64,000 nt of DNA from positions 22,196,001 through 22,260,000 of the forward strand of contig NC_043003.1 in the NCBI RefSeq assembly GCF_006345805.1, given 5' to 3'. This document shows positions 12,471 through 24,395 of the stretch, one piece after another. A program made the translations under genes and the position numbers. The number at the start of each line of letters is the position of its first letter. The stretch's first letter is position 1. This stretch comes from Octopus sinensis (Eukaryota). The notes under the pieces were generated by a model, which was not told where the DNA came from, did no database searches, and saw only the letters and a list, made by a program, of their open reading frames with translations.

Positions 12471-13671
12471 ATTTCAGTATTTGATTGGTTTGTCATTAAA
12501 GTAATTGACCACGGAAAGACTGAAAACAAAATTAACCCCGGCTTCATTGGAATTCTGAATCTAATGAGCAGTAAAAATATGCAGATTCCGCCATGTTTTG
12601 AAACTCCCTAAAGCTATTCTCAACGTAGAATCGAAAACCAGATGCAATTATTTGTTCAGAAGTTTTGTTTTATATCTGACAAACAAATTATCGTTTTGAT
12701 TGTTCATGAACTTTTTGGTAACATTTTTATTTTGTTCGACTCTTCGGATAGATTTTTATGATAAGGTTTCCTGCGGCTTGTCGTATAAAATGAAATGTGT
12801 AAAATTCGATATTTAGCCCATTTAATCTTATCGGTTAAATCTTTAATATCACGTTTCATTCATTCTTTTTATCGTCTCTTTTTATGTATATATACACACT
12901 CGTATATTGTGTACACACAGACACGCGCACATATACTCAAACACGTGTAGAAGTTTGAGGGTGTGTAATTTGTAATTATAAGGTTTGCTTGCTTGTACCA
13001 TGTTAGCTGTCACTGAGAAATATATATCAGAATGTGATTTTTATGAATGTATATAGATAAATGTATGGCTAAAATGTATTTTTGAAACGTTAACCTCCAG
13101 TATCTTTGTTTCATGTTGTTCTTTTTCCTTTTCCCTCTTAGTGATTTTGAACCAATTGGTTTCTCTCAATAATACACTATAAACAAGTCCCATTTTAATC
13201 TATTGCTTTTACATATATGAAAACAGGTCCAGTTTCATACCTTAGTCATGGCATCAATTTTAATATAGCCCCTCCTTTTTTTTTTCATATATAAAAACAT
13301 GAAGAGGTTCTTTACGAATGTAAACTTCAAAGATGTCACTGGAATATATTTTAGGCTATTTTATGTCTACCAATCAGCGGTTGTGTGGTGTGTGTGTGTG
13401 TGTATGTACACATATGATTAAATAACCTCTCGTTCCTTCACTACTTTCGAGACCATATTGAGAGTTTGGGCGATAAAATAACTACCAGTTGAATATTGGG
13501 TCGATGTGATCGACTTGGCCATTCTCTCAAACTAGCTGATCTTGTACCAAAATTTGAAATCAATCTTATTCAATATGTGCGTATCAAACGTCTTTGATCT
13601 TGGATACGAATCGGAAGGGGCTTCTATAAATGATGCTTCAGCTTCAATATGTACACGTAAGACATTAGCAT

Positions 13672-13785
13672 TTATTATTATTATTCAGGTCACTGCCTGG
13701 AATCGAACTCGGAATCTTGGGGTTAGTAGCCCGCGCTCTTAACCACTACGCCAGATGCCCGTGACCTGAGTAATAATAATAATAA
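13672..13785 (-). mobile_element. tRNA-like head of the palindromic hammerhead-associated element (collapsed copy)
   Basis: Minus strand GGGCATCTGGCGTAGTGGTTAAGAGCGCGGGCTACTAACCCCAAGATTCCGAGTTCGATTCCAGGCAGTGACCTGAATAAT matches the centre of 56497-56969. Confidence 0.85.
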
Positions 13786-14048
13786 TTATTGTTTATGTTT
13801 CTAAAATATAAAACAGTAATTAAACCAGTTTAATCTTAGTAGTCACATTCATTCTCGTTGGTTCACAAAGTATTATTCAACACTACACACGCGAAACAAT
13901 ACTGCATTTGCCGACCGAGTGTCTACAAAAATGAAATCCTAGAGTATTGTGGTTTTGTGTTTGTAAGATATACTATAAAACTAGTATAATTAACTCAGTT
14001 TAATCAATCTCAATAGTCACTTATGTGAAATATTTTATTTGTGAAAGT

Positions 14049-14111
14049 CGCTTCCGGTTTGTACCAGAGGTCAACTTTCAATATGTAAGCCTTCGACATT
14101 TCCGCCATTTT
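14049..14111 (+). promoter_or_regulatory. Candidate core promoter / first exon
   Basis: ETS-like CGCTTCCGGT 14049-14058, donor AT|GTAAGC at 14084/14085, and YY1-like CCGCCATTTT 14102-14111. A second YY1-like CCGCCATGTT lies at 12588-12597. CpG-rich unique context. Confidence 0.5.
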
Positions 14112-16577
14112 TTTAGACCCTGCTGTATATGTGTGTTTCGGGGGAAAATAGAAATACCTTGCGTTATGTGCTCATGAGCTTTACATTGAGTTCAAATCCT
14201 ATTGAGATCAACTTCGCGTTTTTTTTTCTTCTCATGTTGATAAAATAAGGTGCAAGTCAAGTATGAAGGTCTATGGTATCGACTAACCCTCGGCCCTTAA
14301 AATTACTTTCCCTCTGCCTTAGTTTAAAACGTGTGTGTGTGTGTGTGTGTGTGTGTATGAGGGAGAGAGGGCACAGGTGTGGCTGTGTGGTAAAAATTTG
14401 CTTCCCTATCATGGCTTAGGTTCAGTCCCACTGCATGGCACCTTGGGCAAGTGTCTTCTATTTTAGGTCTGGGCTGACCAAAGCCTCATGAGTGGATTTC
14501 GTAAACCTCATATTATGCAAGCAGTGCCCTTTGTTTCCAATATTCTGCGGAAACATGCATGGTCATGATTAGGAAATAAGTCAGGATTGGCATCAGGGCA
14601 GGCATCTAGCTGTGAAAAAAACCTGTCTTATGTTCCGTCTGACCCATGCGAGCATGGAAAATTGGACCTTACAAAGATGATGATGATGCTAATGAGATAT
14701 ATATATATATATGTGTGTGTATATATATATATATACATACATATACACACGTATTTTATGTGTGTGTATTTCTTGGTAAAATACAGGAGACGAAGATATG
14801 TGTTGGTGTTTTCAAGGCATTGACATTTAGGTGGAGTTTTACCCTAGCCTTCTCTTCCATTTCCTGTCTAGTTTTTATATTCAGAGGAATTTCTATTGTC
14901 ACTGGTGTTGGTGGTGGTGATCTGTTAAAGGGGTGTTTACTTTGACATGACTGACCCACTGACCTGTCCTCATCTAAAGGTGGAGGAAGGACGCTTTATC
15001 ACATTCTACACTTTGACACATACAGCCATGTATGTACATAAATGTGTGTGTGTTCACATAGAGAACTATAGATAAAAAGACCCCACCACCATCAAACAAG
15101 GAATATCAAATGAATAAAGGAGTCATACATGTTAGTGTCTAATATAAATTCTTGTCTCTGATTAGAATTGCTGTTGGTAGCTCATTCAAACTCTGTTTGT
15201 TGTTTACCAACCTAAAAAAAGAGCAGATACATCAAGGAGAACATACACACACATACATGCATGTATACTTCATTTTGAGTTTAGTATTCCATACAACACC
15301 TCACCCCTATACATATGAACACACCCATAGACACACAAACATATATTTACATACAGGCTTAGATAAATGCACTTTGTAACTTTCTGTAAGTAAAAAGTAA
15401 AAAAAAAAATTCATATGCACAACCTTTACCAATGAAACTCACTCTTTCATAAAACAGGAGCCCTAGAAGTGTCAACACATGTCCCTAGCTTCCTTTCAGG
15501 AATTCTGTCATTTTGATCCTTTGTTATAATGATTTCCTCCTCTCTTACTGAGTTACTTGTTGAATAAAAGGGTTTGACAGTATTTGTTCAGTATCCATAT
15601 TATATATGACTGTCTGTCAAATATCACATTTTCCAGTAATAATAGATTTTTACAATGATGGATGATAGATATATAATCAGAATTGACTGACATTATTTTC
15701 CATTTATGTTGTTGCAGGGACAAGCATGACTGTGTGGTTAGGAAACTTGCTTTGCAACCATCTGGTTTCAGGTTCAGTCCTGCTGCAATACCAGAGATTG
15801 ACAAAGCAAGAGTTGCTAATGAGCGACAATAGAAATGGCTCAGAGCAAAGAGAGTGATGTCTGGCAGTACAGATAGGGTGAAGTTAGAGAGAGAGAGAGA
15901 GAGAGAGAGAGACGTATTTGGAAACAGTTGAGAGTTGGCAGCAGGCAGAGCATCCAGCTGTAGAAAGTTTGCCACACAAATAGTGTTGCATTGTGTGTGT
16001 GTGTGTGTATATATATATGTATATATCTGTATGTGTGTGTATGTACATACACATACACAATTCTCCTTAGGTTTTCTATAACTTTATCTGATTTTGAATC
16101 TACTGTTCAAAAGGGTTTGGATAGAATATCGACAAGTTCTTTAACCAAAATATTTACTAGTATTTATAGCATTATCTGCTTTAAGGTCCACCACTCCAAA
16201 AAAGAGCTGACTCTCTCTAAGTTTATAATTTCATATGAGGTCAACCATATATTAATATCTATTCATATTGTGTGGGTGTAAGTAGTCTAAGAAGCAATAG
16301 CCTGAGTGGTTCTAATTGACTGAACAGAAGCTGAAAGATCTGCAACCAGTTCAAAATAGTAATCCATCAGCTATTATTGTATTACTTCCTGGTTCTGGCT
16401 GACCTTCCATTTCCACTTAGGAATTGTTGCATTTACAAGTTTCTCTATTTATATGGTTTCCTTATTTTTGATTTCCCTCCCTTCTCACGACCACTCCTTC
16501 CTGTTTGACTTTCCTCTCTCCCTTCCTCGTTATTACTATACATCTTTTCTCTCTCCATTTCATCCAAGCAAGTTCTC

Positions 16578-16730
16578 TTACTTTCTCTCTCTCTGTCCTA
16601 TCACTTCTCTCTCTGTCCTATCACTTCTCTCTCTCTCTCTCTGTCCTATCACTTCTCTCTCTCTCTCTCTCTGTCCTATCACTTCTCTCTCTCTCTCTCT
16701 GTCCCATCAGTTCTCTCTCTCTCTCTCTCT
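16578..16730. repeat. Compound (CT)n / CTGTCCTATCACTT minisatellite
   Basis: About 4 repeats of ctctgtcctatcactt separated by variable (CT)n. Confidence 0.9.
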
Positions 16731-17928
16731 TCAGTTACTTCCCTTCCATGCTTGGGAAACTCAGCAGCCACAATTCTCCCCACTTCCTATCACTTCCTGT
16801 CTCTGTTACCTTTCTTTATTATTATCTTCGGTTGTGAACTGGTTGGCTTTTTATTTCTCTCAATGAAGGGCTTGTGTCTGAAATGTTGGACATTTCCACT
16901 TACAATGGCATACATGCCATCATCATTATTTAACATCTCTGTCTTCTGTTTTCATATTGCTTGTATGATTCAACAGAATTCAAAGGCTGCATAAACTTGA
17001 GTGTTGGCTTTGGTATGATTTCCTAACCAAATACTTTACAGAATGTACTGAGTACATTTTGTTGTGGCACCAGCATGAGTGAAGTTTCCATGTAACTTGT
17101 AAGACCAAAAGAAAGCTCTGTGTTGCTGTGTAGTAGAAAGGGAGGTGCTTTTTTTAGGCATTACATGTTGAGAGCCAACTTAAATTTTACTTTTACATCG
17201 GTTATTGTACCTGTGACTTTTTCTAAAGGTTCATAACCTCACCGAAGTTTATTTTAGAACAAGGTGAAACACATATCTTGGTGCAACTGATACCTGAGAT
17301 TAGTGACTGATACCATTTTCTGAGTTTAGTGTTTAGCCCCAGGTATCTTAGATATGAACTAGGAGACCAATGATCAAAGGAATTGTTTCAGCTCTGTCTG
17401 TCCCCTAATTTTTTTTCAGATTTGTTCCTCCTCCTTTTTTTTTCTTTTTTTGTAACAGTAGGATGATTTGAGAGAGACTTGATTGCTATTTCTAGCAAGT
17501 CAAGTCACTATGAGTAGGCTCACTTGGTGGTACAGTGTTGTTTTAGAACAGCAGAATAGGGATGATGGTGGTAGTGGTTGTGTTGGTTAGGAAAGGAATG
17601 GTGATTGCAATAGTTGATTATTACTTTACTTTTGAACTCCCCCCTTGCATTCTTGCAATCAATCATTCCTTTTTTATTTACCCTCTGCTTCCTTCGTCAC
17701 CACTGCCTCTCTCCCTCTCCTTATTCATTCTCTCTGTCTTTTTCATTTAGCAAATTCTCTTAATCTCTGTTTCATCACCTCTCTCTCTCTCTTACCGGCT
17801 ACTCTAATCCTTTAGCATTTAAATTGGCTACATCCAGTCCAAACATTCTACTTGTCTTATGTTCAGACCAGCCAGATCTGACCTCTCACACCTATCCTAC
17901 AATGTTTTTTAAAAAATAAACAATCATA

Positions 17929-18312
17929 GGCACAGGAGTGGCTGTGTGGTAAGTAGCTTGCTTACCAACCACATGGTTCCGGGTTCAGTCCCACTGCGTG
18001 GCACCTTGGGCAAGTGTCTTCTACTATAGCCTCGGGCCGACCAAAGCCTTGTGAGTGGATTTGGAGATGGAAACTGGAAGAAGCCCATTGTATATATATA
18101 TATATGTGTGTTTGTGTGTCTGTGTTCGTCCTCTCCAACATCGCTTGACAACCGATGCTGGTGTGTTTACGTCCCCATAACTTAGCAGTTCGGCAAAAGA
18201 GACCAATAGAATAAGTACTAGGCTTACAAAGAATAAGTCCTGGGGGCGATTTCCTCAACCAAAGGCGGTGCTCCAGCATGGCCGCAGTCAAATGACTGAA
18301 ACAAGTGAAAGG
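17929..18312 (+). mobile_element. SINE family A, full length
   Basis: GGCACAGGAGTGGCTGTGTGGTAAG head through to the ATGACTGAAACAAG tail. Confidence 0.95.
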
Positions 18313-18971
18313 ATAATCACATCATTGAAATTTCAAAGCTATGAGATAATACATGATTAATTCAAAACAACATGAATAAATAAGCGTTACATTTGACAGA
18401 ATACTCCGAATAAAAAAAGGTTAAATAACCATAAGTTGTCCATCAGATGACTACATGTTATTTATCATATACTACATAGTGAGAGATGAGGTAACTCACA
18501 GTTACAATAATAGTTTTAACCAAACTCAGATGCTGGTGGTGGTGCTTGTGTTAGGTAGCTGTGGCAGTGATTGAATCTAATTAATGGTATTTAATTAGGT
18601 TAAGTATAATTGCGGTGGTTGCAAAAAAACTTAGTGTCAGAAGTTCAAATTCAATATTTGGAATTAGTCACATATTTCATTTCAGTGTGTATTAGAGTGA
18701 GTGAGAGTGAGCAAGCCTGCTTGCCTCTGCCTGTCTCTGTTTTTATGCTCCATCACTAGATAAATTCAGCTTGTGTGGGAAGCAAGAGTTTGTATATCTT
18801 CACTCGAAATCAGTGCTGGTGGTGGTGGCCCTTGGGGTATATATGTGGGTTTAAAATAGGTACACTGTGATCCTGCTGTAGGTAAATGTCTTCTATTTTA
18901 GCCCTGGGCTGACCAAAAGTTTGTCAGTAGATATGGTTGATGGAAACTGAAAGAAGCCAATCGTGTGTGTG

Positions 18972-19005
<34 letters not shown>

Positions 19006-19193
19006 CACACGGTGTCCCTATATTACCTTTACAATTTGAAAAATTCATCGAAAAATAGGTTCACTGTGATCCTGCTGTAGGTAAACGTCTTCTACTTTAG
19101 CCCTGGGCTGACCAAAAATTTGTCAGTGGATATGGTTGATGGAAGCCAGTTGTGTATGTATGTGTGTGTATAGGAGGGGTGTTTGTGTATACA

Positions 19194-19407
19194 CAGGATG
19201 TCCATAAATTACCTTTGCAATTTGAAAATTTCAGTCAAAAAGGATAACTCAGCAGGTTTCATGTAACTAAGTAACTAATGGAGCCCATATGGAAGTGGTC
19301 TGGTGTTTCTAATAAAAATTTGTCTGTTTTCCAATAAACTCTGCTGAGTTATCCTTATATTTCTTTCTGAATTTTTAAAATTGTAAAGGTAATTTATGGA
19401 CACCGTG
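19194..19407. mobile_element. Tc1/mariner-type MITE
   Basis: TIRs CAGGATGTCCATAAATTACCTTTGCAATTT / AAATTGTAAAGGTAATTTATGGACACCGTG in a TA/TG context. Confidence 0.8.
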
Positions 19408-21392
19408 TGTGTGTGTGTGTGCATGTGTGGGCCATCAAATGTCCATTTTATTTCTTTTCACTTAGCTATGGTATTTTTTTTTTCATCTTGTTTCAATTTT
19501 TGGACTGTACCCATGCTGGTACATTGCTATGAAAAAATTAGTCAGACAAATCAATCCCAGTATTTATTTTAAAACCTGGTACTTATCTATCAGTCAGTAT
19601 TTGTTGAACTGCAAAGTTACAGATGTAAACTAAGCCAACACTGCTCAGTTGTCAAATGGTGATGTGGGGTCAGTGGGTCACAGCCACATGAGGCACTTCT
19701 TTCAGTTTCTGTCCACCAAGTCCACTCACAAGGCTTTGGTGGGCCTGAGGCTATAGTAGAAGACATTTGCCCAAGGTGCAGCACCAGTGGGACTGAACCC
19801 AAGATCATATAGTTGGGAAGCAAGCTTCTTCCTGCACTGCCATGCCTAGAAATTTTTTTGTTATTTTACAAAATTGATTGACTGGAAAATTTTAAAACTA
19901 TATTTCATCATTTAATACCCATTTTACCATGCATGGGTTAGAATTTGTTGAAGCAGATTTTTTGTGATCAGATGTCCTTCCTGTCGCCAACCTTTCTTAG
20001 TTCCAAGCAAGGTTAATATTTTCCTATGGTGTAATACAACCTTACTTGTATTGAGATGATACTCATTTAGTGGCTGTGTGGTAAGAAGCTTGCATCCCAG
20101 CCACATGGTTCCAGGTTCAGTTCCACTGTAGCCTTGGGATATATATATGTGATGGGCTTCTTTCAGTTTCCATATACCAAATCCACTCAAAAGGCTTTGG
20201 CCGGTCCGAGGCTATAGTAAAAGACACTTGCTCAAGGTTCCATGCAGTGGAACTGAACCTGGAATCGTGGTTGGGAAATGTTTTTGTGTCTGTGTTTGCC
20301 CCCTACCATCACTTGACAACGATGTTGGTGTGTTTACGTCCCTGTAACTTAGCAGTTCAGTAAAAGAGAATCAATAGAATAAGTCCAGGTATCGACTTCG
20401 ACTAAAAACTCTTTAAGGCATTACTCCAGCATGATCGTAGTCAAATGACTGAAACAAGTATAAAAAAAAGAGAATTAGATGATGCCTGAACAAAGGTATG
20501 CACAAACATACACACACATGCCTGCACACACACATTGGGCTTCTCTGGGTTTCCTTGCACCTACCTAATCCACTCACAAGGCTTTGGTTAGGAGGAGACA
20601 TTGGCCTAAGGTGCTGCACAGTAGGATTGAACCCAAGGCCATATGGTTGGACAGCAAGCTTCATAACCATACGACTATTCCTGCGTCTATGAATTTAGTA
20701 ATTATTTGTCTCTTATGATTAATCACACATCTGAATTAAAAGTGTAGAGTTAGCAAATAATTTGACTGTCAGAGAAACCATGTCTGCGATGGCTCTAATA
20801 AAATTTGAACCCTTGACGACCATTGGTCACTAGTCAATCTGTCTCGGACATTACTTAGATTGATAAGACAACATTCTACTACAAGTTAGCAGTTATTATG
20901 TCCATGCACTCCATCCCTTTTTCCTAGCTCAAGTACTGTCAGATGTATGTATATATATGTGTATGAAATTTTAACATTATTAATTAGTTTTGCTTTCTCT
21001 CTCTAACACTTCAAAGTGGCTCTATTGTGAACTACCAATTCTATTGAGAGCAAATATGCTTGAATTGAATAAGGTCAAGTGTTATATCAGTACACATACT
21101 GTAGAGTATCACATGTGTAATATAGTGACTCTGTCTGTCTGTCTGTCTGTTTGTCTCTCCCTCTCTCTCTCTCTTGGCTATATTGTTTACATCAGTGCAG
21201 CTTTAAATTGAGTCATGGACTTCCTGTCAGTAAGAATTTATTAAAAGTTCACCTGCTTCTATCACTTCTCGTCTTCTACCTCCTCCCCCTCCTCATCTAA
21301 ATTAGAAGCATTTTTAATATTTAATTGTCTGTGTTAGATCACTAGCTCTCATTTTTGTAGGCTTACATCTTCATCAATCTCATATATAGATA

Positions 21393-21427
<35 letters not shown>

Positions 21428-21782
21428 ATACATACATGCCTCCATACACAAGTGCACACACACCCACAGAATCATCATCATTGCCATCATTTTTTTAACA
21501 TCCATTTTTTTCCATGTGTATATGAGTCATCTGGATATTAGTTGAGGCAGATTTTTTTTACACCTTGATACCTTCCCTGTCACCAACCCTTAACTGCTTT
21601 CCAGTCAAAGGAATATTTTCTTATGACCAGATATGTTTTTCATAGCAGATTGGGAAAAGAAAAAATTATATTGCTTATGACAGTGACACTTGTCTTACAA
21701 CTAGAATGGTGTCAAGATAAGGAAACATACATGCTTACATGTCTATACACACACACACGTACTTCCAGCTTTATATTTACCT

Positions 21783-21996
21783 TATCACGTGATCATGTGA
21801 CCGACCAGGCTATCAGATATTACACATCGCTGGTCACAATGTGCTTCACATTGTTTTAGCCTTCAAATGACGTCACTCTGCTGGCTAAGCGAGCAGGCAA
21901 ACAGAAGGAGTGAGAGAAAGTTGTGGCGAAAGAGTACATCAGGGATCATCACCACCCCCTGCTGGAGCCTCGTGGAGCTTTAGGTGTTTTTGCTCA
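21783..21996 (-). mobile_element. SINE family D, 5'-truncated
   Basis: Reverse complement of about 2830-3029. Confidence 0.85.
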
Positions 21997-22674
21997 AAGT
22001 TAAAGGGAATTAATAAATCCAAGCAGACACCTAGGAAGGAAACTTGGTTAACTATCTCAAACGGAAAGCAATGAATTCAAATAGAATTAACTTTCAAGGT
22101 AATTCTGTGTGTGTAAACCATTCCTTGTGATTAGTTTGGATGAAGCCATTTTGATAACAATAAGCAGCTGCTGATAGCATTGAACAAATAGACTGAGATT
22201 TATTACTAGTTTTGACAACTATTGGTTAATAAACATTATCTATGTCACCAGAAGTGGTTTCTCCTGTGTTTATATGCAAATTAGTGGACTAAGCTTTTTT
22301 GATAGCAAGGGAAACCCTCCCAACATTACCATATGATGTCATAGCTAAAACTTTTTGCATTAGCCTCTACCTCGTTTGCAATGTGACTTGGTACTTGAAG
22401 GCTGTGAGCTGGCAGAATTGTTAGCATGCTGGGCAAAATTCTTAGTGGTATTTCTTCTGGTTCTTTACATTTCTGAATTCAAATGTTGCCAAGATTGACT
22501 TTATCTTTCATCCCTTCCCGGGTTCATAAAACAAGTACCAGTTGAGCACTGGGGATGATGTACTCAACTTACCCCACTCCCTGGAACTTTCTGCCCTCCC
22601 CCCATGCCAAATTTGAAACCAATGTGACTCTGTACTTGGTTCACTTTCTTCCATGTCTTTTCCTTCCTTCTCTC

Positions 22675-23012
22675 TCTTTTACTTTTTTACTTGTTTCAGT
22701 CATTTGACTGCGGCCATGCTGGAGCACTGCTTTTAGTTGAGCAAATCGAACCCAGGACTTATTCTTTGTAAGCCTAGTACTTATTCTATTGGTCACTTTT
22801 GCCAAACTGCTAAGTTACAGGGACGTAAACACACCAACATCGGTTGTCAAGCAATGTTGCAGGGACAAACACAGACACACAAACATATACACACACACAC
22901 ACACACATATATACATATAGATGACGAGCTTCTTTCAGTTTCCATCTACCAAATCCACCAAATCCTCTCACAAGGATTTGGTCGGCCTGAGGCTATAATA
23001 GAAGACACTGAC
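22675..23012 (-). mobile_element. SINE family A lacking its head
   Basis: Matches the family tail and body. Confidence 0.88.
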
Positions 23013-23019
23013 CCATGGT

Positions 23020-23372
23020 GCCTTTCTTTTTCTTTCCTTTTTCTGTTTTGTCATCATTCCTTTTTGTCTCTCTCTTCTCCTTTCCTTTTTCTTTTTTCTC
23101 TTTCTTGCTTCACCCCTCTCCTTTCATCTTCCTGTCTTTATACCTTTCTCTCCTCTTCACTTTCCTTTTTCTTTCTGCCCTTTTTTTTCCTATTCTCTTT
23201 CCTTCTCCCTATCTCTTTACCTCTTCTCCCTATCTCTTTACCTCTTCTCCCTCTCTCTTTACCTCTTCTCCCTCTCTCATTACCTCCTCTCCCTCTCTCT
23301 TTACCTCCTCTCTCTCTCTTTACCTCCTCTCTCTCTCTCTCTTTACCTCCTCTCTCTCTCTCTCTTTACCTC

Positions 23373-23418
<46 letters not shown>

Positions 23419-23697
23419 TACCTCCTCTCTCTCTCTCTCTTACCTCCTCTCTCTCTCTCTTTTACCTCCTCTCTCCTCTCTCTCTCTTACCTCCTCTCTC
23501 TCTCTCTCTCTCTCTTTACCTCTCTCTCTCTCTCTCTCTCTCTCTTTACCTCCTCTCTCTCTCTCTCTCTTTACCTCCTCTCTCTCTCTCTCTTTACCTC
23601 CTCTCTCTCTCTCTCTCTTTACCTCCTCTCTCTCTCTCTCTTTACCTCCTCTCTCTCTCTCTTTACCTCCTCTCTCTTTACTTTCTCTCTCTCTCTC
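23020..23697. repeat. Polypyrimidine (CT)n / TTTACCTC compound repeat
   Basis: Repeated tttacctcc(tc)n units. This is the source of the spurious 322-aa and 233-aa ORFs. Confidence 0.95.
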
Positions 23698-24027
23698 GAA
23701 AATAGAAATGTGCTGATGACTTGAGGTCATGAATATAAATGTTATCCCCATTGTTAACATCCGTTGGTTGTGTTATGTTGTTGTAGTTGTAGTCATCATT
23801 AACTCTGTGTTCTGTGTGATACATCATAACAATTTGCCGTAGTTGTGATTGCTGTTCAGGTGGTGGGTGTCTGGATGAAGTGCGCGCATGTGTGTGTGTG
23901 CGTGCGTGGTGGTGGTGGGGAATTAGTTGTAAATTAGTCCAGTCACTTCATTGTGTTGACTCTCTGATTAATTAAGTTTTCACCACCGAAAATGAAATGT
24001 TTACTTTTTGTTAATTACAAATGAAGC

Positions 24028-24395
24028 AGTGTGTGTGTGTGTGCCTGATTGTGTGTGTGTGTGTGCCTGATTGTGTGTGTGTGTGCCTGATTGTGTGTGT
24101 GTATGTGTGCCTGATTGTGTGTGTGTGTGCCTGATTGTGTGTGTGTGTGTGTGCCTGATTGTGTGTGTGTGTGTGTGTGCCTGATTGTGTGTGTGTGCCT
24201 GATTGTGTGTGTGTGACTGATTGTGTGTGTGTGTGTGTGCCTGATTGTGTGTGTGTGTGTGTGACTGATTGTGTGTGTGTGTGACTGACTGATGTGTGTG
24301 TGTGTGTGTGACTGTGTGTGTGTGTGTGCCTGATTGTGTGTGTGTGTGTGCCTGATTGTGTGTGTGCCTGATTGTTTGTATGCCTGATTGTGTGT
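24028..24395. repeat. (GT)n / GCCTGATT compound minisatellite
   Basis: Repeated gcctgatt(gt)n units. Confidence 0.95.

Noticed and set aside
13690-13760. tRNA gene call for this and other A/B-box sequences (2743, 17929, 26860, 29654, 61681)
   Set aside because: In the copy I folded (13690-13760) the acceptor, anticodon and T stems do not pair properly; all of these heads run straight into repeat bodies, so they are SINE heads.
14010-14108. Minus-strand ORF MAEMSKAYILKVDLW.. starting in the YY1 motif (similarly MAESAYF.. at 12.59 kb)
   Set aside because: Short, with only a weak donor and no recognisable homology. ATGGCG is expected from the YY1 motif itself. Not excluded, but unsupported.
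22737-23716. 322-aa and 233-aa ORFs
   Set aside because: SINE A read-through into a (CT)n tract; stop-free only because of base composition.
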